Assembly (NCBI GenBank): GCA_038816475.1
Contig: JAWBAI010000002.1
Coordinates: forward strand, 109,618 to 173,617
Direction of reading: 5' to 3'
Origin: Desulfurococcaceae archaeon
GTDB lineage: Archaea > Thermoproteota > Thermoprotei_A > Sulfolobales > Desulfurococcaceae
Length of the DNA: 64,000 bases
Of this stretch, positions 30,231 to 40,900 are shown in pieces; position 1 is the stretch's first letter; the number at the start of each line of letters is the position of its first letter. The notes beneath the pieces are model-generated. The model was not told where the DNA came from and made no database searches. It saw only the letters and a program-made list of their open reading frames with translations. A program made the position numbers and the translations under genes.

Positions 30231-30392
30231 TACCTACACCCGCGTTTACACCCAGAATCACATGTATCTCTCAATCTAAAATACTGAAGCAGAATAGTAA
30301 ACCGGTTTAAGCTGGTTCTAGGTGAAACTACTTCGAGTTTCTTCTCGTAAGCACCTTTAAAAGAACACTACGAGAAAGCGTTTAAAATAGAT

Positions 30393-30563
30393 TTATGAAG
30401 GTAGTTGCGTTAACTGCGTCTCTTCTTTCTTAGCAATAAACCTTCTTACGTACTCTATTTTGTTTCTAACTCTAGGTGGTTTGTTCTTTTTTGGTTTAGG
30501 CGGTATCTTCGGTGTTTGACTTCTTACTTTTCCTGCTTTCGTAAGCGAACCGTGACTTGGCAT
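30393..30563 (-). CDS. rps30e: 30S ribosomal protein S30e (56 aa, not in ORF track)
   Basis: hand translation [42 protein letters not shown]... Confidence 0.96.
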   Translation of the reverse strand: MPSHGSLTKAGKVRSQTPKIPPKPKKNKPPRVRNKIEYVRRFIAKKEETQLTQLPS

Positions 30564-30649
30564 GGTTTGGGCACCATTTACTTTATGACGGTTAAAAGAG
30601 TATTTTAAATATTACTAACAACATTAACAAAAGAGGGCGGGTATAAGCT

Positions 30650-31885
30650 ATGATAGATAAAGTGTACATCGTAGAAACAGTTATCGGTATACTCGGTGTT
30701 AGCTCTAATAACGAAGTAGTGGAGTACGTTCCTGCACCATCAAGACTAGATGACATCGTAGAGTACTTGCTGAGCATTGAAAAAGGAGAGTCTACGAAGC
30801 TTCACGAGGAGCTATTCATCAAGCTAAAGGAGAAAGGCGTTGTGTACATAGTCACTGAGCACTATTCATCAGCTAAGATCGCATCTCAACTAGGTTTAAA
30901 CCCCCTCGTTGAGCCGGGAAACGAGATCGCACTGTACGTGAGAAAGAACGTCGTTGACTTAGCCGTTAAGTACAACTTTTCCAAGACGCCCGAAGAATTC
31001 TACAGTAAGCTACACGAGATAATGCTTGAGTATGCAAGAAGAAAACTTAGGAAAGAAGCTCAGAAGCGCGACCTTCTAGCTGTTCAGGCTATTCGTGCAA
31101 TAGACGACATTGATAGAACAATAAACCTTTACATTGCAAGACTAAGAGAATGGTACAGCTTACATTTCCCCGAACTTGACGAACTGGTTAAAGACCATCA
31201 GAAGTACGCAAGATTAGTCTATGAACTGAGGGACAGAAACAACTTCACGAAGGACGCACTGGTTAAGCTTGGTTTAACAGAAAGTGAGGCTGAGAAAATA
31301 GAAAATTCTGCTAAAAGCAGTATTGGTGCTGAACTAAGCGATTTCGACCTAGAGTACATTGCGATCCTTGCCGGCATTATACTAGACCTCTACAAACTAC
31401 GTGAAACACTGGAAAGATACATTGACTCGGTCATGAAGGAGGTTGCACCTAACGTATGCGCACTGGTTGGTCCAAAGCTTGGTGCTAGACTGCTTAGCTT
31501 AGCTGGAGGTCTCGAAAAACTAGCTAGACTTCCGGCTAGCACTATTCAAGTGCTAGGAGCCGAGAAAGCCTTGTTCAGAGCTCTTAGAACCGGCGGTAAG
31601 CCTCCAAAGCACGGCGTTATATTCCAACACCCAGCTGTACATAAGAGCCCTAGGTGGCAGAGAGGTAAGATAGCTAGAACTCTTGCTGCAAAGTTAGCCA
31701 TTGCTGCTAAAGTGGACTACTTCACGGGTAGGTTTGTTGGTGATAAACTTGGCGAGGAGTTCGAAAAGAGGGTTGATGAAATCAAGAAGCTGTATCCAAA
31801 ACCACCACCAAAAGCTGAAAAAGTAAAGGCTGAAAAACCCAAGAGGAAGAAAGGAGAGAAAAGTGAAGGAAAAAAGGAGAAGTAA
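30650..31885 (+). CDS. nop5: C/D RNP protein Nop5
   Basis: REWYSLHFPEL, STIQVLGAEKALF, PKHGVIF. Confidence 0.97.
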   Translation: MIDKVYIVETVIGILGVSSNNEVVEYVPAPSRLDDIVEYLLSIEKGESTKLHEELFIKLKEKGVVYIVTEHYSSAKIASQLGLNPLVEPGNEIALYVRKNVVDLAVKYNFSKTPEEFYSKLHEIMLEYARRKLRKEAQKRDLLAVQAIRAIDDIDRTINLYIARLREWYSLHFPELDELVKDHQKYARLVYELRDRNNFTKDALVKLGLTESEAEKIENSAKSSIGAELSDFDLEYIAILAGIILDLYKLRETLERYIDSVMKEVAPNVCALVGPKLGARLLSLAGGLEKLARLPASTIQVLGAEKALFRALRTGGKPPKHGVIFQHPAVHKSPRWQRGKIARTLAAKLAIAAKVDYFTGRFVGDKLGEEFEKRVDEIKKLYPKPPPKAEKVKAEKPKRKKGEKSEGKKEK

Positions 31886-31898
31886 CGGGGTTTAACCT

Positions 31899-32606
31899 AT
31901 GAGTTCCGTTGTAAGTATAAAACCCCACGATAAGTACTACGGTGTTTACGTTGTAGAGCTTGAAGAAGGTACCATGAGGTTAGCTACGAAGAACCTTGTA
32001 CCAGGTCATAGAGTATACGGTGAAAGACTGTTCCGCTTCGAGGGAGTAGAGTTCAGAGAGTGGAACGCATTTAGAAGTAAATTTGCTGCCGCTTTGCTTA
32101 ACGGTCTAGCCGAGCAACCGGTAAGAGAAGGCCACTCTATCTTGTACCTTGGTGTAGCATCGGGAACAACAGCAAGCCACGTATCCGACATAGTAGGTCC
32201 TCGTGGAAGGGTGTACGGAGTCGACATTGCACCAAGGGTTCTCCGAGAATTCCTAATGGTAGCCGACGCGAGGAAAAACCTACTTCCAATACTCGGTGAC
32301 GCGAGAAAACCTCAGGAGTATAGACATGTAGTTGAGCTCGTTAACGGCATATACGCTGACATCGCGCAACCGGATCAAGCTGCAATAGTAGCTGACAACG
32401 CAGACATGTTCTTAATGGATGGAGGATACCTCTTGTTGGCTATTAAAGCCAGAAGCATAGACGTAACCAAGGAGCCTAGTGAAATATATAGAAGAGAGGT
32501 GAACACGCTTAAAGAAAGAGGGTTTGAAATAATAGATGTTGTTCACCTAGAACCCTACGACAAGGACCATGCAATGATATATGCAATCTATCATAGAAAG
32601 CGGTAA
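31899..32606 (+). CDS. flpA: fibrillarin 2'-O-methyltransferase
   Basis: VYGE, LYLGVASGTTASHVSD, DIAQPDQ, KARSID. Confidence 0.97.
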   Translation: MSSVVSIKPHDKYYGVYVVELEEGTMRLATKNLVPGHRVYGERLFRFEGVEFREWNAFRSKFAAALLNGLAEQPVREGHSILYLGVASGTTASHVSDIVGPRGRVYGVDIAPRVLREFLMVADARKNLLPILGDARKPQEYRHVVELVNGIYADIAQPDQAAIVADNADMFLMDGGYLLLAIKARSIDVTKEPSEIYRREVNTLKERGFEIIDVVHLEPYDKDHAMIYAIYHRKR

Positions 32607-32641
32607 TGCGTTTTTATTAGCTAATTTATTAAATCAAAGTA

Positions 32642-33544
32642 ATGGGAATGCTCATTTTGAAGCCTGACCAGAAGAACGCTGAATGGTTGCTCGAAAAGAT
32701 AATAAGCACTTTGAAGAGTGTGAGTACTGAAATCGATGTTATTTCCTACCCTCCAGGTCAGAGAAGCATAGATATAGTTGCAGCTTTAAACAAGGAAAAC
32801 TTGCTTTTCAAAGTTGTAGATGACCTGCAAAAGCTGAACAAAGCGGAAACCGAGGATCTCGTTAAAGCCGAGAGAGCGTTTGGAGCATCCTCGGTTGTTA
32901 TAACCGAACATGATGGTGGAACTGAACTGGAGGATGACGTAGTCTACTTCAAGTACTCAACGAAGATCATTACACCTGAAACTCTCAGGAGTTACCTCAG
33001 AGGAGAAAAACCACTTGTAGCATCAATACGAGGCAACTACGTTCTGAAGATAAACCCCGAGAAATTCTACCAAAGGAGAATAAAGTACAAATACAGCAGA
33101 GGCGAAATAGCAAGACTCATAAATGTTAGTACAAAGGCTGTATATATGTACGAGACAGGGTGTATGTATATTTCCTTGAACAAGGCAATAGCTTTAGCAA
33201 AAATACTCGGAGAGGACATATTCGAGGGATTTGACCTATCAGCTCAAATCAGTGAAAAACATGTTCACAAGCCGTGTACTCCAAGAGATCACATCGAGGA
33301 ATCCATATATTCACTGGCCACAAGACTCGGCCACGAGTTCCTAATCTTTGAAAAGACACCAATAGATGCTGTAATCAAAGGCAAGGAACCTATAGCAGTG
33401 GTAAAGAGCACGGGTGAAAACATTAAAGAAAAAATTGAAAACGCTGAGAAAATAGCTAGCAGAGTTAAAACAGAACTTGTTGTTGTGAAAAACGCTAAAG
33501 ACCTAGATGCGCTCAGGAAAAGGCTTATTTCTGAACCTCGATAG
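32642..33544 (+). CDS. HTH transcriptional regulator (COG1395-like)
   Basis: SIDIVA N-domain, central Cro-type HTH SRGEIARLINVSTKAVYMYE. Confidence 0.8.
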   Translation: MGMLILKPDQKNAEWLLEKIISTLKSVSTEIDVISYPPGQRSIDIVAALNKENLLFKVVDDLQKLNKAETEDLVKAERAFGASSVVITEHDGGTELEDDVVYFKYSTKIITPETLRSYLRGEKPLVASIRGNYVLKINPEKFYQRRIKYKYSRGEIARLINVSTKAVYMYETGCMYISLNKAIALAKILGEDIFEGFDLSAQISEKHVHKPCTPRDHIEESIYSLATRLGHEFLIFEKTPIDAVIKGKEPIAVVKSTGENIKEKIENAEKIASRVKTELVVVKNAKDLDALRKRLISEPR

Positions 33545-33571
33545 CAGTTCCTCAACCAAAGGTGTAATTGA

Positions 33572-34108
33572 TTGTTTAAACTAGTTATAACCGGTAGACC
33601 GGGCGTTGGAAAATCTACGCTGTTCAACGCTATTATCTCGGAGCTTAGAAAGAACAACTACAAAGTTGGAGGATTAATAGCACCCGAAGTTAGACACCTG
33701 GGCTCAAGAATAGGATTTAAACTAGTAGATCTACAAACTGGCGAGGAAACATGGTTAGCCAGAAAAGACGTTGCAAGTCACGTACGCGTGGGCTCCTACG
33801 GAGTACTGGTAGATACCGCGTCGAAGTTCGTTGAAAAAGCCCTTAGTACAGCAATATCAAGAGCCGACGTTATCGCCGTTGACGAGGTTGGACCCATGGA
33901 GCTGAAATTACCTACGTTCAAACCGCTTCTCATGAAAGCACTGAGCACGAATAAACCAATCATACTGGTGGTTCATATAAGGCTGAACGATGCCGAGATA
34001 CTGTCCAAGCTTGAGCATGCAAGAAAAGTAGTTGTAACGCTTGAGAACCGTGAACTACTTAGAAAAACTCTACCCATGGAAGTTTTAGATGCCATTAAGC
34101 GAATCTAA
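33572..34108 (+). CDS. NTPase (THEP1 family)
   Basis: TGRPGVGKST, RIGF, DEVGPMEL. Confidence 0.93.
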   Translation: MFKLVITGRPGVGKSTLFNAIISELRKNNYKVGGLIAPEVRHLGSRIGFKLVDLQTGEETWLARKDVASHVRVGSYGVLVDTASKFVEKALSTAISRADVIAVDEVGPMELKLPTFKPLLMKALSTNKPIILVVHIRLNDAEILSKLEHARKVVVTLENRELLRKTLPMEVLDAIKRI

Positions 34109-34430
34109 TTACACGTTGAAGCTTCTGAGCAAGGTCTTCGCACGTAACATCCCTGATTAGAACTCTCTTAACAGAACCTCTTACACCGTACACGATGTCT
34201 ATTTTGGATGGAGGTATTTTCAATGCGCGAGAAAGGAAGCCTATGAGAGCAGCATTGCTTCTACCGGCATTACTCGCACTCGTTGTCTTAAATACCAGGT
34301 CTCCACCTTCGATTGTGAAGTAGTTTTCAGATATATCCTCCTCGATTTTAACAACAACAGTGCAACCCTCAGAGGAGTCGAGCAAGTTGTTCCTAATCGT
34401 CTTGAACACTAGCTCGCGAAACTCTGACAA
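34095..34430 (-). CDS. DUF167/YggU-like protein
   Basis: GRSNAALIGFLSRALKIP.SKIDIVYG. Confidence 0.78.
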   Translation of the reverse strand: MSEFRELVFKTIRNNLLDSSEGCTVVVKIEEDISENYFTIEGGDLVFKTTSASNAGRSNAALIGFLSRALKIPPSKIDIVYGVRGSVKRVLIRDVTCEDLAQKLQRVIRFA

Positions 34431-34482
34431 AGGGTCTCCCCGAGTATGTAGTAATGCTGCTAGCTTAAATTCACAATGGTGT

Positions 34483-35688
34483 TCAGCTTCTGGTCTGTAG
34501 GCTTTTGATTAAGCTAACCAATTCCGAGTATGGTGCATCAACTCTTACTCCACGCGGATCCATGTGAGTTCTAGAACACGCTATTCCCTGTTCTTTCAGC
34601 TTGTTAATTAAAACACTCATCTTGGGCATGTTTAAGCCCAGTACCGAGCAGAGCTTGTCAAGCCTGTAGTACGGCTGATCGATTTTAGCCTCCTCCGCGA
34701 GAATGTTTACTAGTTTAACCGTATCATTGGTTAACCACGGCATCTCCCTTAGTGATGCTAGTATGCTTTCGGTGAGCTGTGGAGCTTGCATACTGCATAT
34801 CCAAACCTTACCCATTACTACTGGTCTAGATCCATCGAGACAGCTCAAACCTGCTAAATCTTCGACTGATTTTACAAAACCTCTTTCGAGAGTACCTCTG
34901 CAGAACCATAGGTATCCTATGCAGTTGTTCACCAGCTTGTAGGCTTCGAGGGCTGATCTCCTTGCCTTGAAAAAGACTCTTACGTAGTGTTCATGCACTA
35001 CTGTGACAAGTGGTTGTAGAGCTATTTCTAATGCTGAAGCCCTGAGAACAGTATTAGCTATTAGTAATCTCGCTGCAAACTCCTTATCGAAGTCAACTTT
35101 AACGCACTTGCTCCAGTATCTTGACTGGGTTTTATGGGGATACGTGCAAGAAAGCGATGCTAGATCAGTAGCTGTAATTCCCAGGAAAGCTTCCTTTCCT
35201 ATAGGCTTTAACGCTGAGTCTATAAATGGTACTGGTGAACCGTAGGGATCTATGTCCACGTAATCTACGTACACGCCTGATAGTGTAATAGTGTTTAAGA
35301 GAGCATTAGCTTCGTGGTTATAAGCTTCTAACTTCCCTGTGAGGTTGTTAAGCAGTATGTTCTTCCTCATGTAATAGTACGCTCTTGCATCCACATCGTT
35401 TACTATTCCATGACCTCCAACTTCGAGAGCTACTCTAATACCTCTTACTCCTGTACCCGATAGCACATCCACAAAGAAGAAGTCTCTTTCTCTCATAACG
35501 GTTTTCAAGAACAAGACTGAGAGGTCCCTGTTTAAAACAGCTTTGGGATTGTAGAAAACAGGCATCCACGCTGGTTCAATCGCTCCATCGGGTCTTCTGT
35601 AGAACTCTGGGTTTGGTACTACTATCTGAGCAAGCCCTTCTCTGATCAGAACCTCTTTCTTAAGCATCACGTTCGTTGCATGATACAC
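34483..35688 (-). CDS. trm1: tRNA m2,2G26 dimethyltransferase
   Basis: PVFYNP..LNRDLSV, SGTGVRGIR, DIDPYGSP, TATD, RTH. Confidence 0.95.
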   Translation of the reverse strand: MYHATNVMLKKEVLIREGLAQIVVPNPEFYRRPDGAIEPAWMPVFYNPKAVLNRDLSVLFLKTVMRERDFFFVDVLSGTGVRGIRVALEVGGHGIVNDVDARAYYYMRKNILLNNLTGKLEAYNHEANALLNTITLSGVYVDYVDIDPYGSPVPFIDSALKPIGKEAFLGITATDLASLSCTYPHKTQSRYWSKCVKVDFDKEFAARLLIANTVLRASALEIALQPLVTVVHEHYVRVFFKARRSALEAYKLVNNCIGYLWFCRGTLERGFVKSVEDLAGLSCLDGSRPVVMGKVWICSMQAPQLTESILASLREMPWLTNDTVKLVNILAEEAKIDQPYYRLDKLCSVLGLNMPKMSVLINKLKEQGIACSRTHMDPRGVRVDAPYSELVSLIKSLQTRS

Positions 35689-35749
35689 CTCGGGGTACTT
35701 GTTTACACGTACATTGTTATATGTACATTGTGGTCACCGGCTGAGAGCA

Positions 35750-35798
35750 TCAGAATGAGAGCTCTTCATCACAGTTCAACCGGTTCGCTACTCATCAT
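35750..35798 (-). ncRNA. box C/D guide sRNA
   Basis: ATGATGA-gtagcgaaccgg-TTGA-act-GTGATGA-agagctctcatt-CTGA with GGGAG/CTCTC terminal stem. Confidence 0.88.
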
Positions 35799-35841
35799 CT
35801 CCCGTAATCCTAGAAACGAGCAACGAGTCTGCTCTACGTTA

Positions 35842-36729
35842 TTATCTTTTGATCTTGCTTATTAAGTAGTCTACGACTGTCTCGGGTGGATTCACTCCTG
35901 TAGCTCTTCTTAACCCCTCCCAGTGTGGAAACGCGTTTACCTCTAGTATGTAGTGCTTAGCTGTCTTCATATCGTATGCTATATCCACTCCCGCGTAGTC
36001 TAATCCGATGGTTCTCGCTGCCTTCAACGCCAGGGAGAATACCTCGGGTTCTTCGCTCTCCTTTACAGGTACTCCTTGTGCTCCCTGTGCGATATTGGTT
36101 TTCCAGCTCTTGCTAACCCTCTTCATGGCCCCGATGACCTCATCGCCTACGACGAAGACTCTGTAGTCGTAACCCGGTTTCTCGAGGAACGCCTGGTAGT
36201 AGCTCGGTAATCCTATGTTTTTTAGCCCTCTAGTAATGTAGAAGGCTAAGTCACTATCACCAACTATCGTGCTTCCAAGACCAAGACTGCCCGTTAACGG
36301 CTTGTATACTACAATGTTCTTCTCCGAGACAAATCTCATTGCTGTGAACGGATTCTCTGTTACAAGGGTTTCTGGAACAGGTAAGTTGCTAAGCTTTAAC
36401 CTCAGTAAACACCTGAACTTATCTCGAGCGGTAAGCGTTGCAGTAGGGTGATTAACCACTGGTATCATGGTAGCTAGCGCTTCTAGAACACCTAGTCTCT
36501 TGAGAAAAGTATCAAGGTTCATGAAAAGCCCTAGGTTTCTCAGTAATGCACCATCCATGTCCACTAATTGACCCTTGTGGTAAACCTTTATACTGGTCTC
36601 GGAGAGAACAGCATCGAGCAAGTGCGTTTTTAAGTAAACCGGTTCATGACCCTTCGCTAGTACAGCATTTATTAGCTCCTTTGCAGTACCAGAGGGTTCT
36701 TTTCTGTACTCAATAACCCCGATCTTCAA
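35842..36729 (-). CDS. RimK-family ATP-grasp ligase
   Basis: KPLTGSLGLG, DYRVFVVG, WKTNIAQG, GVDI, LEVN. Confidence 0.92.
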   Translation of the reverse strand: MKIGVIEYRKEPSGTAKELINAVLAKGHEPVYLKTHLLDAVLSETSIKVYHKGQLVDMDGALLRNLGLFMNLDTFLKRLGVLEALATMIPVVNHPTATLTARDKFRCLLRLKLSNLPVPETLVTENPFTAMRFVSEKNIVVYKPLTGSLGLGSTIVGDSDLAFYITRGLKNIGLPSYYQAFLEKPGYDYRVFVVGDEVIGAMKRVSKSWKTNIAQGAQGVPVKESEEPEVFSLALKAARTIGLDYAGVDIAYDMKTAKHYILEVNAFPHWEGLRRATGVNPPETVVDYLISKIKR

Positions 36730-37076
36730 CTCGAAACCTCCCTTATTCTAGTAGCTGTTACAGCGTAAGTAGTAGAAGCCAAAGCTATACTTAGCATCAC
36801 CACGGCCGAGTACATGTTCCTTGATGCTATATAGCCTAGTAGAGCACCTACACATGTTGCTATAGATAGAAGTAGTAGTAGTGCAGTTGCTTCTTTCTTT
36901 GTAAAGTACTTGTCTACGTGAATAGAGGTAGTAGCTACAATTGCTACGTATACCGCAAGACTCGCTGCAAGTATGCTGTAGCTTGTGCTGTAAACAGTGA
37001 ACGCCACTGCGAACACTTGCACAATAGGTAGTATTAAAAACATCTTAGTGCTTTTACTCATCTGCTCACCTTTCAA
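36726..37076 (-). CDS. small membrane protein
   Basis: four hydrophobic segments; 4-nt overlap with RimK-like gene. Confidence 0.65.
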   Translation of the reverse strand: MKGEQMSKSTKMFLILPIVQVFAVAFTVYSTSYSILAASLAVYVAIVATTSIHVDKYFTKKEATALLLLLSIATCVGALLGYIASRNMYSAVVMLSIALASTTYAVTATRIREVSS

Positions 37077-37117
37077 GGACTACTTTGCCATGATAGGTTT
37101 TTATAATCGTTTAGAAT

Positions 37118-38047
37118 CTATCGCTGGGGTTCCATACGCGGTTTCAAGTGCGATAGTACGAACGCAATTATTGACAAGTATATTCCAGCTTCGAGCGGAT
37201 CAGTGTTGAGTACTAGTTCTAAGAGACCTTCTCTCCTGAACGCCTTAAGCTCCCTGAAGGCTCTGTCTTCTAGGCTAACGTAGGTCACTAGAAGAGGCTT
37301 TTTGCCTACAGAAGCTATTTCTGCATGTGGCGTGTAGACAGCTTCTATGCCCAACTCAGAAAGTACACGTGTTAAAAGTCTTGCCGGTGCTTCTAGTATT
37401 CTGCTTGAGGATACGTGAAGGCTGTTTAAAGCGAAGATCTTCTCTAGGATGGGAGTGTACTTCTCGATCAGAGACTTTGCTACCACAGCGAAGCCTTCTT
37501 CTCCGTGAGTGAAGAGTCTTCTACTCCTCAGCTGAAGACTGTTCATGTAGTACTTCGAGTGTGCAAAAAACGTGGATAAACTGAGGAGGAGCGAGGTTTC
37601 GTAGTTATTTCTACCAGGGACCGTGTTCACGGAGTAGTGCTTTGCTAAGATTTTGTATCTTTCGTCAACCGGGTCTTGAGCATAGGCTCTGTACTTAACT
37701 CCCAGTAGTCTCGCTGCTTGTAGACTACTGAACAGCTTTGAATACTCCTCGGCGCTGAAAACCACCATTGAAACATCTTCTCTGTAGGGTAATACGTAGA
37801 GTGAAGCGTCTTCCACATCCAGCAGTAGTGTGCTCTGAGACCTCATTGTTACGGAAAACCAGTAGGATATAGAAGCTGGCAGTAGTCCATACCCGGTGTA
37901 CGCGTAGATAAGTGTCTCGGAAGAGCTGCTCGTTAAAAAATCAAGTATATCCTTTGCAACTTCCCTAGCTTTTTTCTCTATTCTTTCTATCTCCCCGAAA
38001 ATCTGTTCTAGACGAGCGCTGTTTCTAAGCTCTTGCAGCAACTGCAT
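37118..38047 (-). CDS. hypothetical protein, possibly degenerate SIS fold
   Basis: alpha/beta pattern; overlaps the 3' end of MTAP. Confidence 0.6.
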   Translation of the reverse strand: MQLLQELRNSARLEQIFGEIERIEKKAREVAKDILDFLTSSSSETLIYAYTGYGLLPASISYWFSVTMRSQSTLLLDVEDASLYVLPYREDVSMVVFSAEEYSKLFSSLQAARLLGVKYRAYAQDPVDERYKILAKHYSVNTVPGRNNYETSLLLSLSTFFAHSKYYMNSLQLRSRRLFTHGEEGFAVVAKSLIEKYTPILEKIFALNSLHVSSSRILEAPARLLTRVLSELGIEAVYTPHAEIASVGKKPLLVTYVSLEDRAFRELKAFRREGLLELVLNTDPLEAGIYLSIIAFVLSHLKPRMEPQR

Positions 38048-38829
38048 TTTCTTTCATCCGGTTCACTTGGTAACAACTCTACTATGCGTGGTATAATCTT
38101 CTTAACCTTGGCTACGTTTTCATTCATGGTTTTTATTACTTCCTCTGCTGTTACCGGTTTCTCAGCCCATACGTCGTAGTCTGTTACCATGGCTATAGTT
38201 GCGTAGCATATTTGAGCTTCACATGCTAAGTTTATTTCAGGAACAAGTGTCATTCCAATTATGTCGGCTTTGAACACATCCTTCCATACTCTGCTCTCCG
38301 CTCTAGTACTAAATCTAGGACCCTCAATGCATACGTATGTTCCTTTTTCGTGCACTCTGATATCGGGGAATTCCAAGGCTACCTTGAGAATAATCTCTCT
38401 AAGGTGCTCGCAGAATGGATCAGCCATACTTACATGAGCTACTACTCCACCTTCGAAGAATGTGTGAGGTCTTATGCCTTTCGTCATGTCGATGAACTGA
38501 TCGGGGACGACGAAGTCTCCTGGTCTATAGTCTTCTCTTAGACTACCAACAGCTGATACAGCTAGTATCCACTTGACTCCGAGAGTCTTCAACGCCCATA
38601 TATTAGCACGATAGTTCACCCTGTGCGGAGGTATTCTGTGTCCTCTACCATGCCTTGCCAAAAAGGCTACTCTTCTCCCCTTTAGAACGCCGACGACGAT
38701 GTTGTCACTGGGCATACCGTACGGTGTGTACACCTTGAGTTCCTTGACTTCCTCGATCCCCGGTAGTTCGTAGAGACCACTACCACCGATTATACCTATT
38801 TCTGCTTTAACAGAGGGTTCAACGAGCAC
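38008..38829 (-). CDS. mtnP: 5'-methylthioadenosine phosphorylase
   Basis: [39 protein letters not shown]; start GTG 38829. Confidence 0.95.
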   Translation of the reverse strand: MLVEPSVKAEIGIIGGSGLYELPGIEEVKELKVYTPYGMPSDNIVVGVLKGRRVAFLARHGRGHRIPPHRVNYRANIWALKTLGVKWILAVSAVGSLREDYRPGDFVVPDQFIDMTKGIRPHTFFEGGVVAHVSMADPFCEHLREIILKVALEFPDIRVHEKGTYVCIEGPRFSTRAESRVWKDVFKADIIGMTLVPEINLACEAQICYATIAMVTDYDVWAEKPVTAEEVIKTMNENVAKVKKIIPRIVELLPSEPDERKCSCCKSLETALV

Positions 38830-38833
38830 TTTT

Positions 38834-39529
38834 CTACACCGTAATGAGCCTGTACACTCCTCGTGCTTCATCGTGCTCAATTATTCGCTTCTCGATTAGA
38901 ACTCTTAGTGCACGCGTGTAGTAGACGTCACTAACATCAATACCATACCATTGTTTAAACCCTTCAACGATCTCACTGTACGTCCATTCCCGTTTTCCGG
39001 TTTCCTTGTAGGTTTCCGTTATCATTCTCTTAATGAACTGATAGGTATCCTCCAGCCTTGTCCAGGGGTACTGGAACCACGTCCACTCCTTGACCTCAAT
39101 GTAGTAGTAATCCGGCTTGAACTTTGCCACCGGGCTAATCCACTGTAGTGCTGCTGTTCTCACATCCCTGGGGTTCCAGTTGTCTCGTATGTAGTCTCGA
39201 GCTAGCTTCAGTGTTTCACCGGTATCCACAATGTCGTCTACTACTAGAACCTTAAGTTCATCAGCGTTGACCTTGTACGGGAATCTTAGTATGGCTTTTT
39301 CCTCCATTTTAGCTGCTTCAGTCCAGTGCTGGCTTTGAATGCTTAGTAAGTTCTCAACCCCTAGGAAATCGCAGATTAATCTTGCTGGAACGAATCCTCC
39401 TCGTGCAACCGCTACAACTATGTCTGGAATGTACCCGTCGTTGCGTATTATTTCAGCAAGATGCATTGACCAGTCTACTATCTCCTCCCAAGTAACAAGC
39501 TTAGTTTTAACACGCACCATGTCTATCAC
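38834..39529 (-). CDS. purine phosphoribosyltransferase
   Basis: [22 protein letters not shown] motif, FQYPW. Confidence 0.9.
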   Translation of the reverse strand: MIDMVRVKTKLVTWEEIVDWSMHLAEIIRNDGYIPDIVVAVARGGFVPARLICDFLGVENLLSIQSQHWTEAAKMEEKAILRFPYKVNADELKVLVVDDIVDTGETLKLARDYIRDNWNPRDVRTAALQWISPVAKFKPDYYYIEVKEWTWFQYPWTRLEDTYQFIKRMITETYKETGKREWTYSEIVEGFKQWYGIDVSDVYYTRALRVLIEKRIIEHDEARGVYRLITV

Positions 39530-39564
39530 GTATATACTAAGTATTATCCTGGGGTATAAAGGGA

Positions 39565-40134
39565 TTAAGATTTGCTAGCTAGTATGAGTCTGTAAGGTAG
39601 TGTAAACCCTCTTCCACCAAGGTGTAGAAGAACTTTACCGCCTTTCGCTAAATCCCAGCCATACCTGGTGTAAACATCCTCTCTCACATGTACTGCAAGA
39701 ACCTCTGCTATGAACAAGGCTGTGTCGTCGAGTGCGATCTCCTTCACGACCTTGCATTCGAGAAACCCCAGCATATCAGCTAACCCAGGTGTTTGTATCC
39801 TCGTTGAGTTAACGGTTTTTAGTCCAAGCAGTGAAAGCTTATCTACTTCGCGTCCACTCATAGTACCAGCTTTGTACACTACGTTAACGTGGTTCTCTGA
39901 TGGTACATTGATCGTGAACTCACCGGTTTCCCTTATCAGTTGATAAGTAAAGCTACCAGTCCATATGGAGAGTGCTACCAGAAATGGTTCATCCGAAACA
40001 GGTGTAACCCAGGATGCTGACATCACGTTCAACTTACCGCTACTGCTTCTCGCTACAATAAGGTACACGGGTCTCGGGTGTAGAACATGGTAATCTCTGG
40101 GGTCAATGGTTCTATACACGTAGACACCATCCAT
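39565..40134 (-). CDS. flavin reductase-like FMN-binding protein
   Basis: PRPVYLI, NVMSASW, GEFTINVP, SGREVDK, LECKV. Confidence 0.9.
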   Translation of the reverse strand: MDGVYVYRTIDPRDYHVLHPRPVYLIVARSSSGKLNVMSASWVTPVSDEPFLVALSIWTGSFTYQLIRETGEFTINVPSENHVNVVYKAGTMSGREVDKLSLLGLKTVNSTRIQTPGLADMLGFLECKVVKEIALDDTALFIAEVLAVHVREDVYTRYGWDLAKGGKVLLHLGGRGFTLPYRLILASKS

Positions 40135-40238
40135 GCTTAAGTCGAAGCATAGTAATATGTTTTAGCGATAAACACCGTGAAACGAGTGAAAATTAAAACT
40201 AAAAACCGATCCATACTACTGGAAATATAATGGGAGCT

Positions 40239-40323
40239 GCGGGGGTGCCCGAGCTTGGTCAAAGGGGTCGGGCTCAGGACCCGATGGCGTAGGCCTGCGT
40301 GGGTTCAAATCCCACCCCCCGCA
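40239..40323 (+). tRNA. tRNA-Leu(CAG)
   Basis: GCGGGGG/CCCCCGC acceptor, TCGGG-CT-CAG-GA-CCCGA, long variable arm, GGTTCAAATCC; CCA not encoded. Confidence 0.97.
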
Positions 40324-40900
40324 CTTCTGCTTCACAAAGAAGTTTAACTACCTCCTCAACTAGCGTCTTAACCATTTGCTTCAGGTTTCGTTTACGGAAC
40401 CTGCAGTTAAGCTGGCCTTCGACGACCAAGGCTATAGTTAAGCTTAAACCTTCAACGCTTCTCGGTGAGCAACCGTTCAGCGGGGGATCTTAATAGAGAA
40501 TTCCATATTTTGTGGGGAACTACACTGTTGAAAATGGTGAAACATTGTACGCAAACATCGAGTAGGTTACGGAGATCTACACTTAATTCTACATAGGCAA
40601 AGTAGTGTTGTCAAGAGGTCGTCAATATAGCTCAATGAAGAAAACTTGATAGTTCGCACTCATCGAGGTATTGTGCAACAACGGAATTCACAGATGCAAC
40701 AACACCGCATTGAACGCATAGTGAATACAATTATCACAGAAGAAAATGACGGTTATTGATACAACGGGGACAGCAAGTTTGATGCGCCCAATGATGCCCG
40801 TGGTCTTCGTCATAATTGCTATCACCATATGATTGGTGAGATCAACTAGTTCTCTATCCTTTTCTTCTCATTTCGATATTGATGTTTCTGGTGTGGTTTT

